Source of the DNA: Micrococcales bacterium
Lineage (GTDB): Bacteria > Actinomycetota > Actinomycetes > Actinomycetales > WQXJ01
Assembly (NCBI GenBank): GCA_009784895.1
Contig: WQXJ01000001.1
Coordinates: forward strand, 12,479 to 76,478
Direction: 5' to 3'
DNA length: 64,000 bases
Every line of letters starts with the position of its first letter. Position 1 is the first letter of the stretch. The notes beneath the pieces were generated by a model. The model was not told where the DNA came from and searched no databases. It worked only from the letters and a program-made list of their open reading frames with translations. This document shows positions 1-9,462 of the stretch, piece by piece. A program made the position numbers and the translations under genes.

Positions 1-1446
1 GACCCGGACCTCGAAGTGCAAATGTGGGCCGGTTGAGTTGCCAGAGTTACCAATATTGGCGACGTGTTGGCCGGCCACCACGGTGTCGCCTTTGGCCACC
101 AGGACGTTGTTCATGCCGTCCCAGTGCAGGTAGCGAGTGGTTATGCCATCGCCGTGGTCAATTATCAAGGTCCAGTTGCCACCGGAGTCGCAGCGGACTT
201 CTTCAACCACGCCATCGTGGGCGGCGTAAATCGGATCGCCCCGGCCGCCGCCCAGTAGGTCGACGCCTTCATGTTGCCGGTAGCCGCCAAAGATCGGGTG
301 ATTGCGGCCACCAAAGCGAGAACTGAGTTTGCCGGCGGCCGGCTGGGTCCAGCCGGAGGCGGAGACGGTGTAGGGCGAATCGCCACCGTGAAGAGACTCG
401 CCATGCTCAGCTGAAGACCAGACGACGGCGCCATTTTGGACCAGTTGGAGCTCTCCGGCGTCGCTTAGCGTCAGTCTGGCACCGGCAGCGTCGGTGTTGG
501 ATTGCCACACTGCCCCTTCAGGGCCGTTGACTGCCAATTCGCCATCGACACCCATGACGACCTCGGCTTGGCTAACCGGATCGGCTCCTAGGGACCAGAT
601 CTTCTGGTTCCGGTTATTGAACAAGACCGCCAGGCCTTCATCAGTAACGGTGAAGAAGTAGGCATTGTCCGGGCTGACCAGCCGTTCACCGGTGATTAGG
701 GAAGTGCCGGGCTGAAGCTCTGTTGGGTACAGGCTGGTGGTGGCTACCAGGCGACCAACGACCTCAGGTTTGGCGTCAGGACGGTGCAAGAAGGCGGTGT
801 AGGAGTAGGTCGTGTCCGGGCTGAGGCCCTCATCGACCACCTGATTGGTGCCCTCAGCTAGCTCGACCTCGACTCCTTCGACCGGGGTGGCCGGCGGCTG
901 GTCGCCAGCAGACCGGCGGATGGTGATGGATTCTTCGGCGGCTAGTTCGGGCAAATCGAGCGCCAGCACCAGAGCGGCGTTTGAGGCCTGGGTCTCATTG
1001 ATAGAAGCCTCGACCGGTTCACTTTCCAGGCGGGCCGTCATAGAACGCGATGACACCTGGGCCACATTGCGACGCGATACCAGCTCGGCCGTCTGGCGCA
1101 GTGGCACCAGCGCATCGATGCTGTCAGAACCGGTCGCCTGGGTTGTCTCACCGGCCACGAAACCGCTGCCCACCACCATGATGGCGGCGGCCGCGGCGGC
1201 CAGGGCCCAGGTGTTGTCACGGACCAACTTGGTCCATTTGGCGACAGGCTGGGGGCGGTCGGCCTGGCGTTCTTGACGAAGGGCTGACCTGGTCAAAGGC
1301 TGGTCGTGACTGGTTTTGCTGGGCAGCTTGGCAGAGGTGGAAGGGCCCGGCAAAACGGAATCACTCAGCCCCGGGGCCGGGTCTTGCCGGGCCTCTCGGA
1401 GCTGCCTTCTTGTTATGGGCGTTGGCGACGTGGCGGTATCAAGCAT
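1..1446 (-). CDS. M23 family metallopeptidase (membrane-anchored or secreted cell-wall hydrolase); C-terminus runs off the left edge
   Basis: Absent from the ORF track because no stop lies in the window. Reverse complement of 1-63 reads VANIGNSGNSTGPHLHFEVRV, and 121-168 reads LIIDHGDGITTRYLHW (M23 HxxxD and HxH motifs). The frame stays open up to ATG 1446, with an upstream stop at 1456-1458. The N-terminus reads ITRRQLREARQ followed by a hydrophobic AAAAAAIMVVG anchor. Confidence 0.85.
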   Translation of the reverse strand, partial: MLDTATSPTPITRRQLREARQDPAPGLSDSVLPGPSTSAKLPSKTSHDQPLTRSALRQERQADRPQPVAKWTKLVRDNTWALAAAAAAIMVVGSGFVAGETTQATGSDSIDALVPLRQTAELVSRRNVAQVSSRSMTARLESEPVEASINETQASNAALVLALDLPELAAEESITIRRSAGDQPPATPVEGVEVELAEGTNQVVDEGLSPDTTYSYTAFLHRPDAKPEVVGRLVATTSLYPTELQPGTSLITGERLVSPDNAYFFTVTDEGLAVLFNNRNQKIWSLGADPVSQAEVVMGVDGELAVNGPEGAVWQSNTDAAGARLTLSDAGELQLVQNGAVVWSSAEHGESLHGGDSPYTVSASGWTQPAAGKLSSRFGGRNHPIFGGYRQHEGVDLLGGGRGDPIYAAHDGVVEEVRCDSGGNWTLIIDHGDGITTRYLHWDGMNNVLVAKGDTVVAGQHVANIGNSGNSTGPHLHFEVRV

Positions 1447-1647
1447 TGCCTTGCGCTAACGGTGCCTTTCGGTTCTGCGTTGTGCGGCCGTCGAGCTCAG
1501 GGGTCCGCCCTAGGCCGGTTATCAAGCGACGATTCTGGCAGATTAGAGGCGTCTATGCAAAGCGAAACTACGCAGATGTCTGGGGTTGTGGCACAGGTCA
1601 CATTGGCTGCCCGGCGGTGAAGTGCCTGCCCGGGCTATCTTTGACCA

Positions 1648-2898
1648 GTGAGTCGATACGGCGCGTACGATACGGCCCGTTGGGCGCCTGAAGCCGCCAA
1701 GACCTCGAGCCGGACCGACTTTGCTCGCGACCGGGCCCGTCTGCTGCATTCGGCCGCGCTGCGTCGCCTTGGCGCCAAAACCCAGGTTCGCACGCCCTGG
1801 CGGCGAGCCGATCACCCGATTGGCGACGACTTCATCCGCACCCGGTTGACCCATTCTCTGGAAGTGGCCCAGGTTGGCCGTGAGCTCGGTCAGGCGCTGG
1901 GTTGCGACCCGGATGTGGTCGAAACGGCCTGCCTGGCCCACGATCTAGGCCACCCGCCATTTGGCCACAATGGCGAGCGGGCGCTCAACGCTGCGGCAGC
2001 CGGCATCGGCGGCTTCGAAGGCAACGCCCAAACGCTGAGGCTGCTTACCCGGCTGGAGGCTAAGGTCTACTGGCGCGGGCGTTCGGTTGGACTGAACCTG
2101 ACCCGGGCCAGCCTTGACGCTGCGGTCAAATACCCTTGGGCGGCTGGCCAGGTGCCCTGTGGCGCCGCGGCAGGCAAGTTTGGCCATTACCAAACCGATG
2201 CGGAGGTCTTCGAGTGGCTGCGCCTGGGCGCGCCAGCAGGCCAGCGCTGCGTCGAGGCCCAGGTCATGGACCTGTCAGACGATATTGCCTATTGCGTTCA
2301 CGACGTCGAAGACGGCGTGGTGGGTGGTTCGATCGAACCGTTGGGCCTGGCAGGGGGCGAATTGCGCCAGGCGGTGGTTGAACTGGCGCTGGCCCAATAT
2401 GCCCCGGAGGCTGCCGCCGAAACGCTCGAACAGGCTGCCCTGAGGCTTATTGAGCTGCCGTTTTGGGTCAGCCGTTGGGACGGTACCCGCCGCGACCTGG
2501 CCAGTTTGAAGGATATGACGAGCGGCTTAATTGGCCGGTTCTGCCTGGCCACAGTGGCGGCCACCAGGCGCCGATTCGGCCAAGGGCCTTTGACCCGCTA
2601 CGCCGCTCAGGTCATAGTGCCACCAAAAACGCTGGCGGAGATCGCCGTGCTCAAAGCCCTGGCCGCCCACCAGGTCATGCAACCGCGCCTGGCAGACCCG
2701 GTTTACGTCGAACAACGCGCCGTCATCGAAGCCCTTTACCAGGGCCTGGCGGCCCAAGCGGACCGTCTTGAGCCGGAATTCCTGGCAGATTTCGAACTAG
2801 CCAGTACTGACCGGGAGCGAGGCAGGGTAGTAGTTGACCAGATCGCCTCGCTGACCGACGCCTCAGCTTCGTTGATGCTTGACCGCCTGGCCAGCTAG
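1648..2898 (+). CDS. dgt: dGTP triphosphohydrolase-like HD-domain protein
   Basis: Motifs RDRARLLHSAALRRLGAKTQV, HSLEVAQVGRELG and CLAHDLGHPPFGHNGE. Sits immediately upstream of dnaG, as in other Actinobacteria. Confidence 0.9.
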   Translation: MSRYGAYDTARWAPEAAKTSSRTDFARDRARLLHSAALRRLGAKTQVRTPWRRADHPIGDDFIRTRLTHSLEVAQVGRELGQALGCDPDVVETACLAHDLGHPPFGHNGERALNAAAAGIGGFEGNAQTLRLLTRLEAKVYWRGRSVGLNLTRASLDAAVKYPWAAGQVPCGAAAGKFGHYQTDAEVFEWLRLGAPAGQRCVEAQVMDLSDDIAYCVHDVEDGVVGGSIEPLGLAGGELRQAVVELALAQYAPEAAAETLEQAALRLIELPFWVSRWDGTRRDLASLKDMTSGLIGRFCLATVAATRRRFGQGPLTRYAAQVIVPPKTLAEIAVLKALAAHQVMQPRLADPVYVEQRAVIEALYQGLAAQADRLEPEFLADFELASTDRERGRVVVDQIASLTDASASLMLDRLAS

Positions 2899-2981
2899 CA
2901 GCCATGCCCCACTGGCTGTGTCGTCCACAGGCGCCGACCGGTTGGTCTCTCCGCCAAGGCGGTCACCCTTAGACTGAGGGC

Positions 2982-5021
2982 GTGGCCCGGCGCATCCGCA
3001 GCGAAGACATCGAGGAAGTGCGCAGCTCTGCCCGCATCGAGGTGATAGTGGGGGAGAGGGTCTCCCTGAAGCCCGCTGGCGTCGGCTCACTCAAGGGTCT
3101 TTGCCCCTTCCACGACGAGCGCACGGCCTCATTTCACGTCCGCCCGGCTGTGGGGCTATGGCACTGCTTCGGTTGCAGTGAGGGCGGCGACACCATCAAC
3201 TTCGTCATGCGCTCGGACATGCTGGGTTTCGTTGAGGCCGTCGAATACCTGGCTTTGCGCTTTGGCGTGCAGCTGCGCTATGAAACGACCGGGCCCGATG
3301 CCGGCGCCGGGCCGGCCAGCGAATCGACCGCCCCGAGCCGTTCCCGGCTGTTCGAGGCCAACCGGCTGGCAGCCAAATACTACGCCTCACAACTCGACAG
3401 CCCGGCGGCTGTGCTCGGACGCAACTTCCTGCGCGGGCGTGGTTTCGGCAAAGATGACGCCGAAACCTTTGGTCTGGGCTACTCACCGGAAGGCTGGGAT
3501 TCGCTGCTGCGGCATCTGACCAATAACAGCTTTACTCATGCCGAGCTGCTGGCAGCCGGCCTGGTCACCCAGGGACAGCGTGGCGTTTACGACCGCTTTA
3601 GGGGGCGGCTGATGTGGCCCATCCGCGACGTCACCAATCAGGTTGTTGGCTTTGGCGCCCGGCGGCTGGCCGAGGATGACCAGGGCCCCAAATACCTCAA
3701 CACCCCTGAGACCCCGCTATACAAGAAATCCCAGATCCTCTACGGGGTCAACCTGGCCAAACAGGATATTTCAGCTAAGCGGCAAGTCGTGGTGGTGGAG
3801 GGTTACACCGACGTCATGGCCGCCTACCTGGCCGGTGTGCGTGAGGCCGTGGCGACCTGCGGTACGGCCTTTGGCCAAGACCACATCAGGGTGGTTAGGC
3901 GGCTGCTAGGCGACTTTGGCGATCCATCTAGCGGGGTCATTACGGCCGATGGCGGAGCTCGGGGCGGGCGAGTTGTCTTCACCTTTGACGGCGACGCGGC
4001 CGGGCAAAAGGCCGCTCTGCGGGCTTTTCAGGGTGACCAAAGCTTCTACGCCCAGACCTTTGTGGCGATTGTGCCCGGCGGCATGGACCCATGCGATCTC
4101 TGGTACGACCAAGGCGATGATGCGCTAAAAGACCTGGTGGCCACGGCTCAGCCGATGTTCAAGTTCGCTATCCGAGTGGCCCTTGATGCCCTCGATCTGG
4201 ACACGGCAGAAGGCCGGGCGGCTGGCCTGAGAGCCGGGGCGCCAATTGTGGCCGGTATCCGCGACGATGTTATCCGGATGGACTACACCCGGCAGTTGGC
4301 CGGCTGGGTTGGCGCCGACTACTCCCTGGTAATGCGGGAGGTCAAGGCGGCCCGAGGTCGCCCGCAGCGGCTTTCAGAAGCGGGGGAGACGGCATCAGGC
4401 CCTGGGCGGGGGGTCATCCCAGCCGATCCGGTGATCCGAGCCGAGCACTTCGCCATCGCCGCGGCGCTGCAGCACCCTAACCTGGTACCGCCCAGTTTTG
4501 ACCAACTGAGCGGCTCAGACCTAAAAACGCCAACCCTGGCCGCCATCTTGGACGCCATCCAGGCGGCCAGGGGAGTAGCCGTGGCCAGATCTGAGGCCGA
4601 AGCCGCGGCCAAAGCCGCTGTTGAAACCAAGATCAAGGCCGCGGCCGAGGCCGGGGCCAAAACCCCGTCTGAAGCTGAGCTCAAGGCAGAGGCCCAGGCA
4701 GCGGTCGATGCCGTTGCCAAAGCCTGGCTGGCCCGTGTCAGCGACCAAGCGGCCCAAGCAGTGCGCCCGGCTATCACCCAGCTGGCGGTCGAACCGTTGC
4801 CAACCACCGAGGCCGGCCTGGAAGCCTACGTGATTGGGGCGACAGACTCGCTGGTTGAGATGGGGCTGACCCACCAGATAGCAGATCTTGACCGGCGGCT
4901 GCGCCAGGCCGATGGCAGCACCGGTCAGGCTGGCCAAGCCGGTTCTGAGGCCATGCTGCGGCAATTGGCTGAACTGCGGCGCCAACGCGACAGCTTGCGC
5001 CTGGAACAAGGCGACTACTAG
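2982..5021 (+). CDS. dnaG: DNA primase
   Basis: Zinc-ribbon motif CPFHDERTASFHVRP..WHCFGCSEGGD and Toprim segment VVVVEGYTDVMA. GTG start gives MARRIRSEDIEEV. Confidence 0.95.
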   Translation: MARRIRSEDIEEVRSSARIEVIVGERVSLKPAGVGSLKGLCPFHDERTASFHVRPAVGLWHCFGCSEGGDTINFVMRSDMLGFVEAVEYLALRFGVQLRYETTGPDAGAGPASESTAPSRSRLFEANRLAAKYYASQLDSPAAVLGRNFLRGRGFGKDDAETFGLGYSPEGWDSLLRHLTNNSFTHAELLAAGLVTQGQRGVYDRFRGRLMWPIRDVTNQVVGFGARRLAEDDQGPKYLNTPETPLYKKSQILYGVNLAKQDISAKRQVVVVEGYTDVMAAYLAGVREAVATCGTAFGQDHIRVVRRLLGDFGDPSSGVITADGGARGGRVVFTFDGDAAGQKAALRAFQGDQSFYAQTFVAIVPGGMDPCDLWYDQGDDALKDLVATAQPMFKFAIRVALDALDLDTAEGRAAGLRAGAPIVAGIRDDVIRMDYTRQLAGWVGADYSLVMREVKAARGRPQRLSEAGETASGPGRGVIPADPVIRAEHFAIAAALQHPNLVPPSFDQLSGSDLKTPTLAAILDAIQAARGVAVARSEAEAAAKAAVETKIKAAAEAGAKTPSEAELKAEAQAAVDAVAKAWLARVSDQAAQAVRPAITQLAVEPLPTTEAGLEAYVIGATDSLVEMGLTHQIADLDRRLRQADGSTGQAGQAGSEAMLRQLAELRRQRDSLRLEQGDY

Positions 5022-5061
5022 CCGGATTGGCCAGGTTGCTAGGAGAAAGAAAGGCCCAGTT

Positions 5062-5427
5062 TTGACAGACGCATCGAACCTGATATTTGCCCTTGGACTA
5101 GCCCTGCTTTTGGCTCACGAAATGGATGCCATCCGCCGTCGCGAATGGCTTATGTTTGCCGGGTTGAAGTCCATGGCGGACGAAGTGGCCTATCGGGTCT
5201 TCATGTTGGCCCATATTCCGCTTTATGCGGTGGTCGTGGCTCTGCTGCTGTCAAGCCACGTGCGGACCTTGAGCTACGTCATCGACGTTTTCTTGGTAGC
5301 TCACCTTGTTGTGCATCTTGGGTTCCGTAGGCATCCGGCCAATGCCTTCAACAACGCTGTCTCATTTGGCCTGATCTTGGCTGGCGGGTTGGCTGGCGCG
5401 GTTCATCTCACCCTTCTCCTTACCTAA
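5062..5427 (+). CDS. small integral membrane protein, function unknown
   Basis: TTG at 5062 follows the dnaG stop and AGGAG at 5041. The track start at 4888 overlaps dnaG and is rejected. Hydrophobic segments LIFALGLALLLA, IPLYAVVVALLL and FGLILAGGLAGAV. Confidence 0.5.
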   Translation: MTDASNLIFALGLALLLAHEMDAIRRREWLMFAGLKSMADEVAYRVFMLAHIPLYAVVVALLLSSHVRTLSYVIDVFLVAHLVVHLGFRRHPANAFNNAVSFGLILAGGLAGAVHLTLLLT

Positions 5428-5477
5428 CCGGCGAGGTTGTAGGGTTGGGGGCCGGGGATTTGTTTACCAGCTCCCTA

Positions 5478-5551
5478 GGGCCAGTAGCTCAGCCGGTCAG
5501 AGCAACGGACTCATAATCCGTCGGTCGTGGGTTCAAGCCCCACCTGGCCCA
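5478..5551 (+). tRNA. tRNA with CAU anticodon (elongator Met or lysidine-modified Ile2; not initiator)
   Basis: Hand-folded cloverleaf: acceptor GGGCCAG/CTGGCCC, anticodon arm ACGGA-CTCATAA-TCCGT, T arm GTGGG-TTCAAGC-CCCAC. G1-C72 is paired and the anticodon stem lacks the GGG/CCC run, which argues against an initiator. CCA is not encoded. Confidence 0.85.
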
Positions 5552-5552
5552 C

Positions 5553-6116
5553 GTGGTGCAGCTTAGGCCGTCCGTGCCCCCAGGAAAGGTCCTGGCGGCG
5601 TTGGGGCTGCCGGCCGGGGCCAAGGTTATGTGCGCCTGCCCGGTTTGCCTGGAAGTGGCCGATGGCGCGGAGGGCTGGCTGGTGGTGACATCGCGCGGGC
5701 TGGCCCTGAGCGGACCAGATTGCCGGGCGCGGTTGGCTCACATCAATTGGTTGGAAATTGAGCGGGTAGCGGTGCGGCGCCAGCGGGGCGAAAAAGGCCG
5801 GCGCGTCGGCACCGAGCTGGTGGTTCACAGAATCGACCAGTCGGAGCCAACTAGAGCTTTCTTACCGAAAGCGGACCATCACCTGGTCGAGGTTCTGACC
5901 GAGAGGCTCTGGGCCTCGGTCGTTATGACCGAACACGTCAAGGTTCCCGGTGGTCAGATCCGTGGTGCCCTGCGCCGCGCTCACGACGACGAGTTGGAGA
6001 TTCAGATAATCGTGCCGCCCGAGCTTGACGCCGAAGCCCCGGAGGTCAAACAAGCGGTGGCAGAACTGGGTCAGCGTCTGGGCGAGCGAGTCGGGCTGAC
6101 ACCTCAGACCTGGTAG
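5553..6116 (+). CDS. hypothetical protein lying between two tRNA genes; start uncertain
   Basis: 187-codon ORF fills the whole gap between the tRNAs. GC3-rich codons and a balanced composition (..GWLVVTSRGLALSG..INWLEIERVAV..ELEIQIIVPPELDAEAPEVKQAVAELGQRLG). No motif recognised. Confidence 0.5.
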   Translation: MVQLRPSVPPGKVLAALGLPAGAKVMCACPVCLEVADGAEGWLVVTSRGLALSGPDCRARLAHINWLEIERVAVRRQRGEKGRRVGTELVVHRIDQSEPTRAFLPKADHHLVEVLTERLWASVVMTEHVKVPGGQIRGALRRAHDDELEIQIIVPPELDAEAPEVKQAVAELGQRLGERVGLTPQTW

Positions 6117-6142
6117 CCTACTGTGCTTGGCAGCCCCGCCGG

Positions 6143-6218
6143 TCCCGCGTAGCTCAATCGGCAGAGCATCTGACTGTTAATCAGAGGGTTACTGGTTCGA
6201 GTCCAGTCGCGGGAGCCA
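6143..6218 (+). tRNA. tRNA-Asn (GUU), CCA encoded
   Basis: Acceptor TCCCGCG/CGCGGGA, anticodon arm TCTGA-CTGTTAA-TCAGA, T arm ACTGG-TTCGAGT-CCAGT, discriminator G, then CCA at 6216-6218. Confidence 0.9.
6191..6216 (+). repeat. attL-like core (3' part of tRNA-Asn)
   Basis: actggttcgagtccagtcgcgggagc. Confidence 0.65.
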
Positions 6219-6455
6219 TGCCGTAATAGCTCTGACCAGCACTGACACCCCGAATCGCGTTGCAACACGGGATTCTGTGGGACATTTGTGGGAGACACGC
6301 TCGAGTTTGGGCACTTGTTACCTGCGACGGTAGGCGGGCCACGGTCAGGGCGGCTTGCGAGCTAATCAAGGTGGCCCGCTCTAGCGGTAGAACCATGTAG
6401 AGGCGACCAAAGCCAGGGTGGCTGTCACTCTTCGACCGTGGGGCACAATAGGATC

Positions 6456-6656
6456 ATGAGTAATCAAGGGCCACAGGATCAGGCTATCAGTGGCTACCGT
6501 GATGGGTACCAGTATGGAGAAGCATTCCAGCCGCGCAAAGGCAAGTTGCTGGCGCCCGACTATCACAAGGGCTTGGCTGAGGGTCAGGCGGCGCGTCTGG
6601 CCGCTATCCAAGCTGGACTACTACCTGCTTACCTAATGACACCAGCGGGCCGCTAG
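6456..6656 (+). CDS. small hypothetical protein inside the island
   Basis: ATG at 6456 in the lower-GC stretch gives MSNQGPQDQAISGYRDGYQYGEAFQPRKGKLLAPDYHKGLAEGQAARLAAIQ. A short GC hairpin overlaps the stop. Confidence 0.3.
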   Translation: MSNQGPQDQAISGYRDGYQYGEAFQPRKGKLLAPDYHKGLAEGQAARLAAIQAGLLPAYLMTPAGR

Positions 6657-7564
6657 AGCGGCCCGGCTAATGTGAGAGTGGGGGCGTTTCCGCTGGAGCG
6701 GGCGCACAGAGCGCCGGGTTCAAGCGGCAGAAGGCAACGACACGTATCGTATCGTCAGGCCATTGATCTAGTGGTTGGCCGGATCCACGACGAAAACGCC
6801 CCCCGCGTCCACCCGCCGCGGCGTTGTGGCTCTGGTCACCGCACCAGTAGGCAAACAGCCTGGCGAAACAGGTCTCAGCGACAGGCGCCAGCAACGAGCT
6901 GGCCCACGAATGCGGCCACCGGGAGCACGGCCACGACTGGCGCAACCGCACCGACCGTTGTCGTGGCGAAACACAGGCCGACCTGTACTCGGCCAAGCTA
7001 CTGATCGACCCAGACCACTACCAAGATGCGGGCGTGCCTGCGGGCCCCACCCTGGCGGGATTGCCAAACAACTCGACGTGACAGCCCGGCTGGTCACCCT
7101 GTGGCGAGACTGGGCGATGAGGCATCTTGTTCGGGTCTAGCCTCGGCGCATGAGCGAGACCCCCGGCGCGAGCAATTCCCCCGACCGCCCAAAAAGACAG
7201 CGACGCAGGCGCCCCACAACCGCCTTGTGCGCCATGTGGGAATGGGCGACGAGGGTGGCGCAGTTGCCGGCCCACATACACCGCGGAAGAACCTGGGCCA
7301 ACGGTTCAGCACGTCAGCCTGGGTAGCCGTGGTCTTTGGCGCGATCGCTGGGTTTTGCGCGCCGGCGTCTAAACGGACGACCCTTCGCTCCGGCTATGCC
7401 TCAACCTCGATGGTGCAAGAACCCACCCCATTCTTAGCGATCACGCTCATTGCCGGCGTCATCGCCATTATCGGGCTCGGCTTCCTGATCGGCACGATCA
7501 GAGACCTCATCCGGCTGGCGGAATCAAGCCGAACTTGACTCGCCGTCGAGACAAGGCTTACCCC

Positions 7565-8032
7565 ATGAGGCGAACCCCCGTCGTTTTGATCGCTCTTGGC
7601 ATTTCCCTGGCAATCACTGGATGCACGCTCAACGTCACGACCCAGCCCCAGAAAGGCGCGGACAGCACCACAGACACTGGAAAACCCGCCGCAACGCAAG
7701 AATAGGTGACGCTGACCACCCTGGAAGGCACCTTCGGCGACAACGCAAAGGTCGCCCAAAGCGACGTATTCGAGATCACCGCCGACAAGGTCACAGTGAC
7801 CTATGACATTTCCACAACGTCCGCGGGTGGCAACGGATGGCTTTACATCCTGCCTGAAGACGAAACTCTCACCCAAGACGCCGACGGCAATCACAGGGTG
7901 CCCTCCGTCGACGTCGAATCCTTCGGAGGCCAAGGCAAAGAGATCGCCAAAGAGGAACCCGGCCGGTACTACATCTACTTCAATACGTCGGGCGTTGGTG
8001 GGTACAGCATCAGCGTCGAAGAGAAGCGGTAG
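7565..8032 (+). pseudogene. lipoprotein gene interrupted by an in-frame TAG at 7703-7705
   Basis: ATG 7565 gives MRRTPVVLIALGISLAITGC (signal peptide plus lipobox) ..KPAATQE, then TAG, then in the same frame VTLTTLEGTFGDN.. running to the stop at 8032. Confidence 0.6.
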
Positions 8033-8043
8033 CCCATCTAGTG

Positions 8044-8060
8044 GGGGAGTGGCGCTCCCC
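8044..8060. terminator. short GC hairpin between convergent genes
   Basis: ggggag-tggcg-ctcccc. No clear U-tract. Confidence 0.3.
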
Positions 8061-9008
8061 TAGCCCGTTTCGACACTGGCGAGCGCACTAGCCATCCGCT
8101 CTGCCGCCTCTGACCGCGAAGATCTCACATCCTCAACGTACAGACGGACCATGCCCAGATCGACCTGGTCGGGGGTCCCCATCACCTGCCGGTCACTGGC
8201 GCCACCGTGAACGTGGAGCATGGTCGCACAATCACGCCTCAGCGTGCGAGGGGTCACGCCAGGATCGTCCGGGCTTCGCTGCCCAGGGCCGATACCAGAC
8301 TTGCGGCGGGCCCGGTCTCAATGGCCCCTGAACGTGGTCTCCGAGACGGGCAGTCCACCTTGGCCGGGAAGCAGCCAAGCACCATCGGTAGGGCCGACGG
8401 GTTCGTCCTAGTGCCCCCGGATCGGTCCGAGGAGGTTCGATGGAATCGGCACCCGCCGTTGCCCGGTCCTGGTCGTAGGTGACCCGATATGCCGGCCGCC
8501 CTTGACCTAGGTGACGTTGCGGCGGACTAGCAGACCGGGATTCTCCCCGGAGAGCATAGGGTCGCCGCGCTGTAAAGCTCCCACTTCGCCGTTGCGTGGC
8601 CCAACCCAAAGCAAGAGTTGGATCGCAAGCCTCAGCCGTTCGGGCATGGCCTCGATGATTAGCTCGCCCTCACCCGGTTCTGGCAGCCAGACACACCCGT
8701 GGCATGTCAGCTTTGGCTTCGATTCGCCAGGCGTTGGCGTCTTCGCGGCTCGTGAAGGTTCGGTCGGCGGTGTAGGCCTGCCCCGCGGGCGCGGGCAGGG
8801 TCTCTTGGTTGAGTGTGTGGGTTAGGTTGGGGGCACGGTGCGGCGTGCGCGCAACCGTCCGCTGGAGAGCGTGTCGATTCGACCCCAGGAGCTTCTTTGA
8901 CGGCAAGTCTCTTTGGACCAATTGGCCACGAGCGGCACCTACTGCCCTGCAAATGCTAGCCAGTCTCGAGGGAGATACGTGGCTGATCGGTGGGGCACCC
9001 AAGGGCAC
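8060..9008 (-). pseudogene. tyrosine recombinase (phage-type integrase), inactivated
   Basis: N-terminal arm-like segment GQAYTADRTFTSREDANAWRIEAKADM, with a frameshift near 8700 (..RGVWLPEP). Then MPERLRLAIQLLLWVGPRNGEVGALQRGD, TRTGQRRVPIPSNLL, and C-terminal TPRTLRRDCATMLH..LGMVRLYV. In-frame stops at 8507-8509 (TAG), 8408-8410 (TAG) and 8318-8320 (TGA). Confidence 0.8.
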
Positions 9009-9090
9009 TCAAGGGCACATGTGGTAGGCTCCAATCCTGCATACATGCAGGTCACTCGCCTGTCTCCGCTGGCAGGGACGTTGGGCCTAC

Positions 9091-9116
9091 ACTGGTTCGG
9101 GTCAAGTCGCGGGAGC
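9091..9116 (+). repeat. attR-like core (partial copy of the tRNA-Asn 3' end)
   Basis: actggttcgggtcaagtcgcgggagc has 2 mismatches against 6191-6216. Confidence 0.65.
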
Positions 9117-9150
9117 GGGGGAGTTGGTAGTCGCTGACAAGGGGAGCCTC

Positions 9151-9420
9151 GTGCCCGAACAACGAATTCAGATCAAGCTTCCAACCGAATTGGCTGGTGG
9201 TGTCTTCGCCGACTTTGTCAGGGCCTGGCATACCTCGGACGCGTTTGTGCTCGACTTTTCGACTCTAACCGAACCGCCGCGAAACGAGGATGACGCCCTG
9301 GTGCTTGACGCCACTGTGGTCTCGCGCGTGCGCATACCGCCGCCGCAGGTCTTTGAGCTAATGAAGGCGCTAGAACAGCAGCTTTCCGCTTGGGAAAAAG
9401 AAGCCAACAAGAAGAAGTAG
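9151..9420 (+). CDS. DUF3467-like conserved actinobacterial protein
   Basis: GTG at 9151 preceded by AAGGGGA. Sequence IQIKLPTELAGGVFADFVRAWHTSDAFVLDFS..VVSRVRIPPPQVFELMKALEQQL matches my memory of the DUF3467 pattern. Confidence 0.7.
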   Translation: MPEQRIQIKLPTELAGGVFADFVRAWHTSDAFVLDFSTLTEPPRNEDDALVLDATVVSRVRIPPPQVFELMKALEQQLSAWEKEANKKK

Positions 9421-9462
9421 CCAAGCGGTTGGCTTTGCCGGCCAGGTGCTCATCTGGGGTGC

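Larger units (their letters stand above)
6191..9116. mobile_element. decayed tRNA-Asn-targeting integrative element (about 2.9 kb remnant)
   Basis: Bounded by a 26-bp direct repeat of the tRNA-Asn 3' end (24/26 identical). A tyrosine integrase pseudogene lies at the right end. The interior is visibly less GC-rich in places and filled with short or broken ORFs, including an HTH-like remnant GGIAKQLDVTARLVTLWRDW ending near 7140. Confidence 0.65.

Noticed and set aside
1447-1647. c-di-AMP (ydaO-type) riboswitch upstream of the M23 cell-wall hydrolase, as often seen before actinobacterial hydrolase genes
   Set aside because: Only vague fragments are present on the minus strand (cgcttgataacc, gcggacccc, gttagcgcaagg). 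I could not build the pseudo-symmetric ydaO fold or its conserved ACGGGG/CCGA blocks by eye. A covariance-model scan would be needed.
4319-5009. Large antisense or alternate-frame ORFs inside confirmed genes, for example 4319-4807, 4521-5009, 7394-7933, 28250-29023, 40342-40791, 55822-56721, 59470-60105 and 63161-63880
   Set aside because: These are typical high-GC shadow ORFs: Arg/Pro/Gly/Trp-rich, lacking motifs, and fully contained in strongly supported genes on the other strand or frame.
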